This document shows, in pieces, positions 48,800-61,145 of a stretch of 64,000 nucleotides of DNA. The notes under the pieces were generated by a model. It searched no databases and was not told where the DNA came from. It worked only from the letters and a program-made list of their open reading frames with translations. The first letter of the stretch is position 1. Every line of letters starts with the position of its first letter. The stretch spans positions 2,141 through 66,140 of the forward strand of contig MEXB01000008.1 in NCBI GenBank assembly GCA_001773575.1, in the 5' to 3' direction. This DNA comes from Candidatus Adlerbacteria bacterium RIFOXYC1_FULL_48_26 (GTDB lineage Bacteria; Patescibacteriota; Minisyncoccia; Phycocordibacterales; SBAW01). The position numbers and the translations under genes were made by a program.

Positions 48800-50032
48800 A
48801 TGACCCTCGAGCAGTTCAAAAAGAAGATGAAGAAAATCCCCGATGGGCCGGGGGTGTACTTCTTTTTGGGTGCAAAGAAAGAGGTTCTCTATATAGGCAA
48901 AGCCACTTCGCTACGCAGCCGTGTGCGAAGCTATTTTTCTCCTGACTTGGCGAAGGCTCGCGGCCCTTTGCTTGTAAAAATGCTTGAGAAAGCAACGACG
49001 ATAGATTGGCGCGAGACGGACTCCGTTCTTGAAGCTCTGTTGCTTGAGGCTAACCTTATCAAGAGCCACAAACCTAAACACAATACGGATCTTAAAGACG
49101 ATAAGAGCTGGAACTACATCGTTATTACAAAAGAAGATTTTCCAATAATCCGCTATGTTCGCGGTCGCGAGTTAGCTATGCAGGATCCAGACGACTACCT
49201 GCATACCTTTGGCCCATTTCCTCATGGGTTGCAGTTGAAGGCGGCGATGAAAATAATCCGCAAAATTTTTCCGTACCGCGACGATAAGTGCGTACCTAAT
49301 TCCGGCAAGCCCTGCTTTAACCGCCACATTGGGTTGTGTCCCGGTGTCTGCACAGGCGAAATTTCAAAAACTGACTACAGAAAAATCATTCGCCGCATTA
49401 CATTGCTGTTCCAAGGCAAAAAACTCGAACTGATTAAGAGCTTGGAGAAAGATATGAAAGTTGCAGCAAAGACAGAAGACTTTGAAGAGGCTGCGCGTTT
49501 GCGTGGGCAGATATTTGCGCTCCAGCACATTCAAGATGTTTCTTTAATCAAAGATGAATACCGTTCAACTGGCAGCGCAGTGGGGAATACACGCATCGAG
49601 GCATACGACATTGCCCACATGGGCGGCACGGCTGTGGTTGGTGTGATGGTTGTTGTTGAAGACGGCCATCCAAATAAAGATCAGTACAGAAAATTCAAAA
49701 TCAAAACAGCAAAGGGTGGCGATGATGCAGGCTCGCTCAAAGAAGTGCTTACGCGCCGCCTGAGCCATGATGAATGGCCTATGCCTCGCGTGATTGCGGT
49801 AGACGGCAGTACGGCACAAATAAATGCTGCAACCAAGGTGCTTGAAGAGCACGGCATACAAATTCCTGTGATTGGTGTAGTAAAAGATGAAAAACACCGT
49901 CCGCGTTCTATCCAAGGCAAGCGGGAAGTGATAGCTGGGCGCGAACGCGACATTCTTTTGGCTAATGCCGAGGCTCACCGCTTTGCTATTACCTATCACA
50001 AAAAACTTCGAAACCCTTTGCGCGGATTGTAG
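48800..50032 (+). CDS. uvrC: excinuclease ABC subunit C (short form, no C-terminal HhH)
   Basis: PGVY..YIGKA, UVR domain FEEAA, RIEAYDIAH, AVDG. Confidence 0.9.
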   Translation: MTLEQFKKKMKKIPDGPGVYFFLGAKKEVLYIGKATSLRSRVRSYFSPDLAKARGPLLVKMLEKATTIDWRETDSVLEALLLEANLIKSHKPKHNTDLKDDKSWNYIVITKEDFPIIRYVRGRELAMQDPDDYLHTFGPFPHGLQLKAAMKIIRKIFPYRDDKCVPNSGKPCFNRHIGLCPGVCTGEISKTDYRKIIRRITLLFQGKKLELIKSLEKDMKVAAKTEDFEEAARLRGQIFALQHIQDVSLIKDEYRSTGSAVGNTRIEAYDIAHMGGTAVVGVMVVVEDGHPNKDQYRKFKIKTAKGGDDAGSLKEVLTRRLSHDEWPMPRVIAVDGSTAQINAATKVLEEHGIQIPVIGVVKDEKHRPRSIQGKREVIAGRERDILLANAEAHRFAITYHKKLRNPLRGL

Positions 50033-50046
50033 GTTAGAATAGGGGT

Positions 50047-51045
50047 ATGAGAACCGTAGTCGGAGTACTTCGAGGCGGACCGTCGAGCGAATATGACGTA
50101 TCGCTCAAGAGCGGTGCAGCTATTCTTGAAGCGCTTGATAAAAATAAATACGAAGCGCGCGATCTTTTTATTGGCCGCGATGGTCAATGGCATTTACACG
50201 GCGCCCCAGTGCTGCCTGAAAAGGCTCTACGAGGCATTGATGTGGCCTTTAACGTTATCCACGGAGAATATGGGGAGGATGGCCAGCTACAGCGCATTCT
50301 AGACGCTGTGGCGGTGCCGTATACAGGCTCTGATGCCTTTGCATCATCTCTCGCGTTCAACAAACACAGCACAAAAGAACTGGTATCAAAGCTTGGCATC
50401 AAAACTGCGCATGCAGTGCTGCTTGATAAAGAGATGATGGGTGATGTAGAGAAGACAGCGTTCGAGCTGTTCCGAAGCTTTCCACACCCAGCCATAGTAA
50501 AACCTGCTATCGGCGGTTCATCGGTTGGCGCAACTATTGTTCATACCTTTCACGACCTAGAGCCAGCACTCCATAAAGCATTTACTATTTCTCCAAAGAT
50601 TCTTATTGAAGAATTTATCCGCGGCAAAGAAGCCACTGTTGGAGTTATAGAAAATTTCCGTGATGAGAAAACGTATGCGCTTCTCCCAGTTGAAATCGTT
50701 CCACCTAAGAAACATGGCTTCTTTTCCTACGATGCAAAATATAGTGGGGAAACTATAGAGCGTGTGCCGGGCAACTTTACCTCTGATGAGAAAGATCAGT
50801 TGATGCAACATGCTCGCGAGGTGCATGAAGCGATGGGTCTTTCGCACTATTCCCGTTCCGACTTTATCGTAAGCAAACGTGGCGTGTACTTCTTGGAGGT
50901 AAACAATGCAGCGGGTGTAGGCATGACGCAAGAATCGCTATTTCCAAAAGCTGTAGCAGCCGTCGGTTCAACCCTTACTGACTTTCTCACTCATATTGTT
51001 GAGCTTGCCCGCAGAGGCCAGAGAGGATATTCTGCATCTCTATGA
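50047..51045 (+). CDS. ddl: D-alanine--D-alanine ligase
   Basis: GGPSSEYDVSL, HGEYGEDG, KP..GSS, EVN. Confidence 0.92.
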   Translation: MRTVVGVLRGGPSSEYDVSLKSGAAILEALDKNKYEARDLFIGRDGQWHLHGAPVLPEKALRGIDVAFNVIHGEYGEDGQLQRILDAVAVPYTGSDAFASSLAFNKHSTKELVSKLGIKTAHAVLLDKEMMGDVEKTAFELFRSFPHPAIVKPAIGGSSVGATIVHTFHDLEPALHKAFTISPKILIEEFIRGKEATVGVIENFRDEKTYALLPVEIVPPKKHGFFSYDAKYSGETIERVPGNFTSDEKDQLMQHAREVHEAMGLSHYSRSDFIVSKRGVYFLEVNNAAGVGMTQESLFPKAVAAVGSTLTDFLTHIVELARRGQRGYSASL

Positions 51046-51449
51046 TCCAATCTGAATCTTTTGAAGAACAAGACGCTTCTGAAAATTGCGACGACATTGT
51101 AACCGACAATGAAAGCCTTCCGCTTGCCCGCAAGCGCTGTATTCCATGCGAAGGGGGAGTAGACCCTCTTACAAAAGAGCAGGCAGAGGAGCTTCTCAAG
51201 CAGCTCAACCCAGAATGGACTCTCGTTGAAGGCGCCGGCCTTCTTGCACGCAGCTTCTCGTTCCCTAACTACAAAAAAACTATCATCTTTGTAAACAAAG
51301 TTGCCGCTATTGCTGAAGGGGAAAACCATCACCCAGATATGACTGTTTCCTACGACAATGTGGGCGTCGAACTCTCCACCCACGCCATAGACGGCCTCTC
51401 CGAAAACGACTTCATAGTGGCAGCGAAGATAGACGAGCTCGAGGCGTAA
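51042..51449 (+). CDS. pterin-4-alpha-carbinolamine dehydratase
   Basis: HHPD, THAIDGLSENDF. Confidence 0.9.
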   Translation: MIQSESFEEQDASENCDDIVTDNESLPLARKRCIPCEGGVDPLTKEQAEELLKQLNPEWTLVEGAGLLARSFSFPNYKKTIIFVNKVAAIAEGENHHPDMTVSYDNVGVELSTHAIDGLSENDFIVAAKIDELEA

Positions 51450-51503
51450 TCTTTCACGATTTTAGAATAATTTTATCTGCCCAAATGCTATACTTTGTGG
51501 CAT

Positions 51504-51731
51504 ATGAACAAGGCTTTCGAAATATTTCTGAAAGAATTTGCTGAATTTCGTAAAGAAATCTACCAACGATTTGATGGTGTTAGTCATCGCCTTGATGGCA
51601 TTGACCAGAGACTCGATGCCATTGATAGCACTTTAAAACCCTTGGCCAAGGCAGTGGATAAAGACGCAGAAACTATAATCAGTCATGGGCGCCGGATAGG
51701 CCGTATGGAGAAGCGTTTGGGTTTCAAATAG
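51504..51731 (+). CDS. small coiled-coil protein
   Basis: RFDGV/RLDGI/RLDAI heptad repeats. Confidence 0.55.
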   Translation: MNKAFEIFLKEFAEFRKEIYQRFDGVSHRLDGIDQRLDAIDSTLKPLAKAVDKDAETIISHGRRIGRMEKRLGFK

Positions 51732-51810
51732 CCACATATCTGGACTATGATTTTTTGGGTTTCTAGTATATATTATTGACGTTCGGGACTTGTTTAGCAG
51801 AACAGAAATT

Positions 51811-51883
51811 GGGCCCTTAGCTCATTTGGTAGAGCGCCTCATTTGCAATGAGGAGGTGACCGGTTCGATCCCGGTAGGGTCCA
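51811..51883 (+). tRNA. trnA: tRNA-Ala(TGC)
   Basis: Acceptor gggccct/agggtcc, anticodon arm cctca-ttTGCaa-tgagg, GTTCGA. Confidence 0.95.
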
Positions 51884-51890
51884 CAAACAC

Positions 51891-51919
51891 TTGACAAAAG
51901 AACTATATATGTGTATAGT
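51891..51919 (+). promoter_or_regulatory. consensus sigma70 promoter overlapped by a 14-bp inverted repeat
   Basis: TTGACA-17-TATAGT; acaaaagaactata/tatagttcttttgt. Confidence 0.75.
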
Positions 51920-51956
51920 TCTTTTGTGTTTTAGGATAGTTCCCAAGGAGGCAGTA

Positions 51957-52220
51957 ATGCAGACGAGTCAGCAAGTTATCGAGCAAGCCCTTCGCAATGC
52001 GGAGACTGCGGAACCGGGCATTCAGCCCGCGATTCTGATGAACCTGAACATCGACCACACCAAGGTCGCCGAGTACCAGCGCACGTATCTGAACGATGCC
52101 TGGGCGCCGAAGACCAAGGAGCTGATGGACAGCGGCTTCATCATCTTCCGCATCCAGACCGAGCTCGGCCTCAACGGCCACATCACCTACATCTACATGG
52201 CGAAGATGAAGGCCAACTAA
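51957..52220 (+). CDS. orphan 87-aa protein, GC3-rich
   Basis: AAGGAGG SD, own promoter, terminator aagccctacg/cgtagggctt. Confidence 0.7.
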   Translation: MQTSQQVIEQALRNAETAEPGIQPAILMNLNIDHTKVAEYQRTYLNDAWAPKTKELMDSGFIIFRIQTELGLNGHITYIYMAKMKAN

Positions 52221-52320
52221 CGCCGAACGACGGCGACAAGCCCTACGGAAGAAGCACTACGCTTCTACAACGTAGGGCTTCTTTCTTTTTCACCAGTTCA
52301 ATACTCCTATGACCAGAATC

Positions 52321-52345
52321 GGGGTCAGACCCCACAAAATCCTAA
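52321..52345 (+). repeat. REP-like repeat copy 4 (distant)
   Basis: ggggtcagacccc plus acaaaatcctaaa tail similar to copy 1. Confidence 0.65.
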
Positions 52346-52428
52346 ATAATGTTTTGTAATTCAGTTTGGATTTATCTAAAACAAAAAGAAAAGAGCCGCT
52401 TGTGGGCGGCTCTTGGAGAGAGGGTCTT

Positions 52429-52683
52429 TTACTCAGATTTCTCTGATTTGCTGTGGAAGCTTTCCCATCCGGCGGGGAAGCAGTACAGGTGCGCGTGTTC
52501 GATGGCGTTGCCCTGGACGTGGGCTGCGCTGACGGCAGGCCTGGGTTTGGGGCAGTGGCCGGCGGCGACGCCCATCTGGTACGTGCGCACGAGAGGCTCG
52601 TCTTTTGGGAGAAACCCTTTAGGAACACCATCGCATGCGGACAGCAGACACGCAGCGCCTGCGAGAAGAAGGATCTTGTACAA
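52429..52683 (-). CDS. orphan small lipoprotein-like protein
   Basis: LLSAC lipobox, AGGGAG SD, terminator aagagccgc/gcggctctt. Confidence 0.65.
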   Translation of the reverse strand: MYKILLLAGAACLLSACDGVPKGFLPKDEPLVRTYQMGVAAGHCPKPRPAVSAAHVQGNAIEHAHLYCFPAGWESFHSKSEKSE

Positions 52684-52785
52684 AAAGAACTCCCTGAGTT
52701 GGAACTAGAACTAAGAAATTGGGAACGAAGGACACCTTAACATACATCAAAAATCTGTCATACTAGTGGCAGAAAGGAGGTTCAG

Positions 52786-52974
52786 ATGAGATTTCTCATT
52801 ACATGTGTTGCTCTAGGGCTGCTGTTGAGTGCGTGTGAAAACACGCCATTCCAATCTGTTTACCCTGAGGATGAGCGGTACCAAGCTTCATGCAGGGCTC
52901 CTGGTCTGTTCGACATCATGAGTCTTCGCATGAAGGCGACCTATTGCACCAAAGGCTACACACCTCCACGCTGA
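52786..52974 (+). CDS. orphan small lipoprotein-like protein
   Basis: LLSAC lipobox, AAAGGAGG SD. Confidence 0.65.
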   Translation: MRFLITCVALGLLLSACENTPFQSVYPEDERYQASCRAPGLFDIMSLRMKATYCTKGYTPPR

Positions 52975-52978
52975 GTGA

Positions 52979-53161
52979 TCAGTTGGAGGTGTTTTCTTTT
53001 GAGCAGGGAAGATGAACGCTGCACAGCGCTGAGGCTACATTGTCTGTAACTCCTACCTTAAATGCATGGAGAGGGGAGCCTGGCTCTGCGCTTTCTGCCA
53101 GGCTTGCAGCAACGCCTCCCATCAAGGCAACAATTAGTAGAGAGAAGAAAATCTTTTTCAT
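52979..53161 (-). CDS. short secreted protein (DUF5667-like N-terminus only)
   Basis: MKKIFF signal, AEPGSPLHAFK resembles the A.PG..LY..K motif. Confidence 0.45.
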   Translation of the reverse strand: MKKIFFSLLIVALMGGVAASLAESAEPGSPLHAFKVGVTDNVASALCSVHLPCSKENTSN

Positions 53162-53208
53162 AACTTTTCTGTGGGTTTCCTCTATGTTATCATGCCAACT
53201 AACGATAT

Positions 53209-53991
53209 ATGGAGGAACATGCTGGTTTACACATAGCTCTCTCGGCAGAGCGTTTGGGCACATTTTTAGGTCTGCCTATCACCAACACCCTTCTTTCCGC
53301 ATGGCTGGTTATGTCAGTCCTTATTATCATCGCAATTGTTGTTGGCCGTAAACCAACGCTTATTCCTGGCAAAGTACAGAACTTCTTTGAGCTTATATTC
53401 GAGTTCGTTATCGGCTATATGAGCGATATCTTCGGCAACCGCAAGCGCGCCCTTACGTTTTTCCCATTTATCGCAACGATCTTCCTGTTTATCGCCACTT
53501 CCAACCTTTTCGACTTTATGCCTTTCGTTGGAAGCATCACCTTTACACACGAAGGGGAGACTATGTCCCTGTTCCGCCCAGTTAACACAGACTTAAACGT
53601 CACCCTCGCGCTCGCAATCATTTCTGTGATTACTATTGAAGTCGCAGGCATCGTAGCGCTCGGCTTCTGGAAATACATGAACAAGTTCTTTACCTTCAGC
53701 GGAAAGACCATCGGCCAGCGTTTCCTTAACCTTACAGTCGGCCTTATCGAGTTTGTATCTGAAATGTCGCGCTTTATCTCGTTCTCATTCCGTCTCTTCG
53801 GAAACATCTTCGCAGGCGAAGTATTGCTCGCGGTAGTGGCGTACTTTATGCCCTACCTCCTCCCAGTTCCCCTTATGGGCTTTGAAACCTTCGTCGGCGT
53901 TGTGCAAGCCGCTGTGTTTGCCATGCTCACCCTCTTTTTCCTCAAGCTCGCAATGACCCCGGCCCACGGCTCGGGCGAGGCGCACCACTAA
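53209..53991 (+). CDS. atpB: ATP synthase F0 subunit a
   Basis: ITNT, RP.N.DLN, SFRLFGNIFAGE, QA.VF..LT. Confidence 0.95.
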   Translation: MEEHAGLHIALSAERLGTFLGLPITNTLLSAWLVMSVLIIIAIVVGRKPTLIPGKVQNFFELIFEFVIGYMSDIFGNRKRALTFFPFIATIFLFIATSNLFDFMPFVGSITFTHEGETMSLFRPVNTDLNVTLALAIISVITIEVAGIVALGFWKYMNKFFTFSGKTIGQRFLNLTVGLIEFVSEMSRFISFSFRLFGNIFAGEVLLAVVAYFMPYLLPVPLMGFETFVGVVQAAVFAMLTLFFLKLAMTPAHGSGEAHH

Positions 53992-54072
53992 ACGTGGAAA
54001 AAGGGGAGGTTTCGTGCTAGTGTAAGGGCATAAATTATTTAGCAGGGCGCTTAAAATATAGATAAAAGGTAT

Positions 54073-54303
54073 ATGGATGTTGAATCAACACGTTTGATAG
54101 CTATGGCAATCGCTGCAGGTTTCGGAGTTTTGGGCCCAAGTATCGGTATCGGTCTTATCGGTGGTCGCGCAATGGATGCAATCGGCCGCAATCCAGAGGC
54201 TTCTGACAAAATCGTCTCAAACATGATCTTGGCGATCGTCTTTACCGAAGCTCTCGGTATCTTGGCACTCGTTGTTTCATTTATTATCAAGTTCGTCGGC
54301 TAA
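54073..54303 (+). CDS. atpE: ATP synthase F0 subunit c
   Basis: GxGxxG, RNPE, FTEA. Confidence 0.95.
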   Translation: MDVESTRLIAMAIAAGFGVLGPSIGIGLIGGRAMDAIGRNPEASDKIVSNMILAIVFTEALGILALVVSFIIKFVG

Positions 54304-54318
54304 TTCTTCGCAACAGGG

Positions 54319-54759
54319 ATGAGCGAACTATTTTCGGCATTTGGAATTGATGGGCGTTTGTTGTTGATTAACTGTATCAACTTCGGCCTTTTGCTTGCCG
54401 TACTCTGGTACTTCCTCTACGGCCCACTCACAAAGATGCTTGAAGCGCGCCGCCAGAAGATTGCGCAAGGCATGCAGGATGCAGAAGAAGCAGAAACGAA
54501 GCTTAAGGAAATCCACGGTGCTCGCGCATCTATGATCGCTGAAGCAGGTAAAGAAGCAGACACGCTTGTTGCTGATGCACGTGCCGCGGCTGCTGCAAAA
54601 GCCCGTGACCTTGTTGCCTCAGGAGAAACTGCTGCTGCAAACCTTTTGAAGCAGGCAGAAGCACAGGCACAGGAAATGAAGGCCCAGTCTATTGCAGAAA
54701 GCAAACAAGAAGTTGCTAAGTTGATCGTTCTTGGTATGGAACGCCTCGCAAAGAAATAA
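54319..54759 (+). CDS. atpF: ATP synthase F0 subunit b
   Basis: INF..L, P....L..R, coiled coil. Confidence 0.9.
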   Translation: MSELFSAFGIDGRLLLINCINFGLLLAVLWYFLYGPLTKMLEARRQKIAQGMQDAEEAETKLKEIHGARASMIAEAGKEADTLVADARAAAAAKARDLVASGETAAANLLKQAEAQAQEMKAQSIAESKQEVAKLIVLGMERLAKK

Positions 54760-54760
54760 T

Positions 54761-55024
54761 ATGAAGATTGCTGCTACATATGCACGGGCATTGTTTGACC
54801 TCATAGAGAATGATGGGTCAAAAAAGGCAGCAACGTATCTAAGCAACTTAGACGGCGTGCTGAAACGCCGGGGGCATCAACGGTTGCTCCCTCAAATCTT
54901 CAACCAATACCAACGCTTAGAACTTTCAAAACAGCGATCAGAGAAACAGCAGGAGGTAACACCAGAACAAGAACGAACCAGACATTTGCTTGAGCTCTAC
55001 AGGAAACTAACACAAACGGTATGA
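54761..55024 (+). CDS. atpH: ATP synthase delta-like subunit, truncated
   Basis: [10 protein letters not shown]; position between atpF and atpA. Confidence 0.7.
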   Translation: MKIAATYARALFDLIENDGSKKAATYLSNLDGVLKRRGHQRLLPQIFNQYQRLELSKQRSEKQQEVTPEQERTRHLLELYRKLTQTV

Positions 55025-56577
55025 ACAACTTCATCGAACAATTTAAAAAAGAAATAGAACACTTCACCCCAAGCCCACGCGCAAAGAACGTAGGACGGGT
55101 TATTCAAGTTGGCGACGGCGTTGCTGAAGTTGAAGGTTTGGACAAGGCGGTGATGTCTGAAATGGTCCGTTTTGTTACAACCGGTAAAAAGAAGCTCGAA
55201 GATGCGATTGAAACTCCAGATGTATTCGGTCTCGTGCTCAACCTTGAAGAAGAGTCGGTCCGCGTAATTATCTTGGGCGATGCAGGTGCCGTTTCTGAAG
55301 GTATGACGGTTGAATCAACCGGCCAGGTACTTTCTATCCCAGTCGGTGAAGGGTTGCTCGGCCGCGTGGTAAACCCACTCGGCGAAGCTGTTGATGGCCA
55401 GGGCGCTATCATTGCTCACCAGAACAATCCTATTGAACGCGAAGCCTACGGTGTTATGGATCGCTCATCTGTTAACCAGCCACTCCACACTGGTATCAAA
55501 GCTATCGACTCAATGATCCCCGTAGGTCGCGGACAGCGCGAACTTATCATCGGCGACCGCTACACCGGCAAGACCACAGTTGCGATGGATACAATTTTGA
55601 ACCAGAAGAGCGAGCCAAAAGAATCTCGCCCAATCTGTATCTACGTTTCTATTGGCCAGAAGGAATCAAAGACCGCACGCTTGGTGCAGATGCTCCGCGA
55701 ACGCGGCGCACTTGAATACACCATCATCGTTGATGCAGGTGCTTCAGCTCCAGCAGCGCTCCAGTACCTCGCACCATTTGCAGGTGCAGCTATTGGCGAA
55801 TATTTTATGGATAAAGGTCAGGATGCCCTTATCATCTACGACGATCTTTCTAAGCATGCTGTTGCATACCGTTCGCTCTCACTCTTGCTCCGCCGCCCAC
55901 CAGGCCGTGAAGCATATCCTGGCGACGTCTTCTACTTGCACTCACGCTTACTTGAACGCGCAGCAAAACTTTCTAAAGAGAAAGGCGGCGGCTCACTTAC
56001 AGCGCTTCCAATCATCGAAACTCAGGAAGGCGACGTGTCTGGATACATCCCAACCAACGTTATCTCTATCACTGACGGTCAGATCTTTTTGGAAACTGAC
56101 TTGTTCAACAAAGGTATCCGCCCAGCTATCAACGCAGGAATCTCCGTGTCTCGCGTAGGTTCATCTGCGCAGACAAAGGCAATGAAGAAAGTGTCTGGCC
56201 GCATCAAGCTTGAACTTGCACAGTTCCGCGAACTTGAGGCCTTTATGCAGTTCTCTTCAGACTTGGATGCAGAAACAAAGAAGCGCATCGACAATGGTCA
56301 GCGCCTTATGGGTGTCTTGCGCCAGAAGAATGCATCTCCACTGCCATTCCAAAACCAGGCCGTGGTTATCTACTCGGCAGTCAACGGCTACCTCTCAAAG
56401 GTTTCAGTAGAGCGCGTACCAGAGTTTGAAGAAAAGCTTATTACGTTCTTGAACTCATCGTACAAAAATCTTTTGCCAGGCATTGAAAAGGCCCGCGAGA
56501 TTACCGCTGAATTCGAAGAAGAATTGAAGAAAGCTTTGGAGAAGTTCCAGGACACTCACGCCGACTTGTTCGCATAG
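55021..56577 (+). CDS. atpA: ATP synthase F1 alpha
   Basis: [23 protein letters not shown]. Confidence 0.97.
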   Translation: MNNFIEQFKKEIEHFTPSPRAKNVGRVIQVGDGVAEVEGLDKAVMSEMVRFVTTGKKKLEDAIETPDVFGLVLNLEEESVRVIILGDAGAVSEGMTVESTGQVLSIPVGEGLLGRVVNPLGEAVDGQGAIIAHQNNPIEREAYGVMDRSSVNQPLHTGIKAIDSMIPVGRGQRELIIGDRYTGKTTVAMDTILNQKSEPKESRPICIYVSIGQKESKTARLVQMLRERGALEYTIIVDAGASAPAALQYLAPFAGAAIGEYFMDKGQDALIIYDDLSKHAVAYRSLSLLLRRPPGREAYPGDVFYLHSRLLERAAKLSKEKGGGSLTALPIIETQEGDVSGYIPTNVISITDGQIFLETDLFNKGIRPAINAGISVSRVGSSAQTKAMKKVSGRIKLELAQFRELEAFMQFSSDLDAETKKRIDNGQRLMGVLRQKNASPLPFQNQAVVIYSAVNGYLSKVSVERVPEFEEKLITFLNSSYKNLLPGIEKAREITAEFEEELKKALEKFQDTHADLFA

Positions 56578-56605
56578 TTCGATCTGACTCACCACAAGTA
56601 ACCAC

Positions 56606-58882
<2,277 letters not shown>

Positions 58883-58883
<1 letters not shown>

Positions 58884-59119
58884 TGAAACTAATAATCGCA
58901 AAAGTTGATGAACGTGTGTTCGACGGCGACGCCGTCTCTGTTACTGTGCCAGGGAGCCAGGGAGAGATGACTGTGCTTGGAAGCCACGAACCTCTTATCA
59001 CTACGCTTAAAGCGGGGACTATTGTTATTAAACAACTCGCCGACGTAGAACCTATCCAGATTCCAATCCAGGGCGGCATGCTCGAGGTCCGCACGGACGG
59101 CACCACCATCCTTTTGTAG
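58883..59119 (+). CDS. atpC: ATP synthase epsilon, N-terminal domain only
   Basis: PG..GEM.VL..H.PL, GG.LEV. Confidence 0.88.
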
Positions 59120-59236
59120 GAAAACCTCCATTCCACGCTATACACAGGTTGCGCTCACGCGCATCTTTGTTATAAAGAAAAAGTAAGTATTCCTAGCGTG
59201 ATGTTTCCTAGATTTTTGTAAAAATGAAGGAGTAGC

Positions 59237-59470
59237 GTGGCGATGAGTAGGATGAGGTCTTTTTGGGAAATGCGGTTCGGTTGGAATAAGCCAGCGTGCG
59301 ACAAGTGTGGGGGAAGCTTCGGCCTTTCTCGCAGACAGGTCGGCAGTAAACAATTCTGCAGACTTGCATGCGTTGCTGCGAACACAAATGGTTCGACAGC
59401 AACTATCTCCACTTCACCTTTGAGAAAGACGGGTGAAGCGGCGATGGAAGTTTCCAACGCGGCCGACTGA
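59237..59470 (+). CDS. orphan small Cys4 Zn-finger-like protein
   Basis: CDKCGGSFGL...FCRLAC; AAGGAG SD; terminator aaagggcgtttgc/gcagatgcccttt. Confidence 0.55.
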   Translation: MAMSRMRSFWEMRFGWNKPACDKCGGSFGLSRRQVGSKQFCRLACVAANTNGSTATISTSPLRKTGEAAMEVSNAAD

Positions 59471-59528
59471 ATAATCGAAAGGGCGTTTGCGAAAGCAGAT
59501 GCCCTTTTTCTTATGTTAAAATTTTTGC

Positions 59529-60422
59529 ATGACCTTTGCGATTTTAATGTCGCTCATTACTCTCGGGTTGTACTGCGTACAACAACTGGGTGTCACTTTT
59601 GCTGTCGGTGCTGAGACAGTAATGCTTGTTGCATATCTCCAATCAGTTCGTGATGGTGTTGTTGATGAAGAAGAAAAAGGATTTGCTCGTGCCGTACGAA
59701 GCGTTAAGGATTTCGGTTTGTTTTTCATCATCCTCTCTGGAGGCGCTATTTTTGCCAATCAATTTTTTACTGGACAACTTACTGAGTTCCTTTCTATCAC
59801 AGTGCTTTTCAAATGGAGCTTGATAGGCATCGTGCTTTTTATGTCGCTTATTGTGCGCGGACCGTCTCTTGTGGCGGGATTGTTGCAAGGACTTTCTGCA
59901 GCAACGTGGTATGCGCTGTTCGCGGTGCACATTTTGGCACCTGAAGCGCCGTGGGAACAGCTCGTTACGTTCTACGCAGTATGGTTGGTTGGATTCTCTC
60001 TATGTTGGACCATTATTGTGTTTGCACTGAAAGGTAAAAAGCCTGCCTATGTTGCAAGCCCGATAAACGCTGTATCAAAAGCTGCTGTGGTCATTACTCC
60101 TGATAGGGTAAAGCCTGTATTTAAACCTGCACCTCAACCTGTTGTTGCTCCGGCACCCGTGGTGGCATTTGTTCCGCCGGTGACAGTTACTATGCCAAAG
60201 CAGGAAATACCTGTTGCGCCGAAACCTTCAATACCAACTCCTCCTGTGCCACAACCAGCACCTGTGGCAGCAACAATGCCTCCGCCACCTCCTGTGCCAC
60301 CACCACCGCCGCCAAAAGTTTCAGTACCGGCCCCCGCAGCACCTCCGCCACCAGCTTCATGGTTGCATGTAATGCCACGCACACCTCAAGAGCTCGCGGA
60401 ACGAAAAACACAAACGCCTTAA
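59529..60422 (+). CDS. multi-TM membrane protein with Pro-rich tail
   Basis: Several TMs, then a long Pro-rich segment. Confidence 0.65.
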   Translation: MTFAILMSLITLGLYCVQQLGVTFAVGAETVMLVAYLQSVRDGVVDEEEKGFARAVRSVKDFGLFFIILSGGAIFANQFFTGQLTEFLSITVLFKWSLIGIVLFMSLIVRGPSLVAGLLQGLSAATWYALFAVHILAPEAPWEQLVTFYAVWLVGFSLCWTIIVFALKGKKPAYVASPINAVSKAAVVITPDRVKPVFKPAPQPVVAPAPVVAFVPPVTVTMPKQEIPVAPKPSIPTPPVPQPAPVAATMPPPPPVPPPPPPKVSVPAPAAPPPPASWLHVMPRTPQELAERKTQTP

Positions 60423-60423
60423 T

Positions 60424-61038
60424 ATGTATTTCTTCAAAGACTCGCCAAAAAAGAAGATAGTTATCTTGCTCGGCCATCCCGACACGTCACAAACGCTGTG
60501 TGGCGAACTCGCGTTGTTATACGAGAGCGCTGCAAAGAAAGCTGGTCACGAAGTGCGACGCTTTAGCATTGGTGATATGAACTTTGATCCAATTTTGCAC
60601 AAAGGATATAAAGCTATTCAACAACTTGAGCCGGATCTTATAAAATTTCAAGACGCTGTTCGTTGGAGTAACCACTTTGTCGTTATCTATCCTAACTGGT
60701 GGTGCACCATGCCAGCCTTACTCAAAGGGTTGTTCGACCGTGTCTGGATGCCAGGTTTTTGTTTTCATATGATTAAGAATGCAGAAGGGAAACAAACAAT
60801 GGGTTGGCATAAATTACTGAAGGGCAGGACAGCTCGAGTGATTGTTACCTCCGGCACCCACCCAGTTCTTATCTATTTATTTTTCGGTGACTATACAAAC
60901 GAGATAAAGAGAGGGATTTTATGGTTTGCTGGGTTTAAAACCAAGCTCACTAAGTTCGGCCCTGCAGAGCATGCGCCAGAATGGAAGCTTAATGAGTGGC
61001 GACGTAAGGTCGTGCGGCTAGGGAAGTTGGGGGAATAG
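60424..61038 (+). CDS. flavodoxin-like NAD(P)H dehydrogenase (quinone)
   Basis: LGHP, YPNWW..PALLKG.FDR. Confidence 0.88.
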   Translation: MYFFKDSPKKKIVILLGHPDTSQTLCGELALLYESAAKKAGHEVRRFSIGDMNFDPILHKGYKAIQQLEPDLIKFQDAVRWSNHFVVIYPNWWCTMPALLKGLFDRVWMPGFCFHMIKNAEGKQTMGWHKLLKGRTARVIVTSGTHPVLIYLFFGDYTNEIKRGILWFAGFKTKLTKFGPAEHAPEWKLNEWRRKVVRLGKLGE

Positions 61039-61145
61039 CCACTCGACAAATCTCTTTTTCGTGTAATACTTGCCCTCGTTGTGCTCTTTCACATGTGCGC
61101 AGCGTCTGTTAACTTTTCAAAACTATTTCCCCTGAGGAGATGCTC

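Noticed and set aside
53988-54002. aaacgtggaaa resembling parS
   Set aside because: Only a half match; not palindromic
59494-59522. ttatgttaaa resembling the XerD arm of dif
   Set aside because: No XerC arm; explained by a terminator followed by a -10 box
60130-60360. Repeat-like Pro-rich DNA (also 61660-61845)
   Set aside because: Low-complexity protein coding; no regularly spaced CRISPR or tandem nucleotide repeats seen in the window
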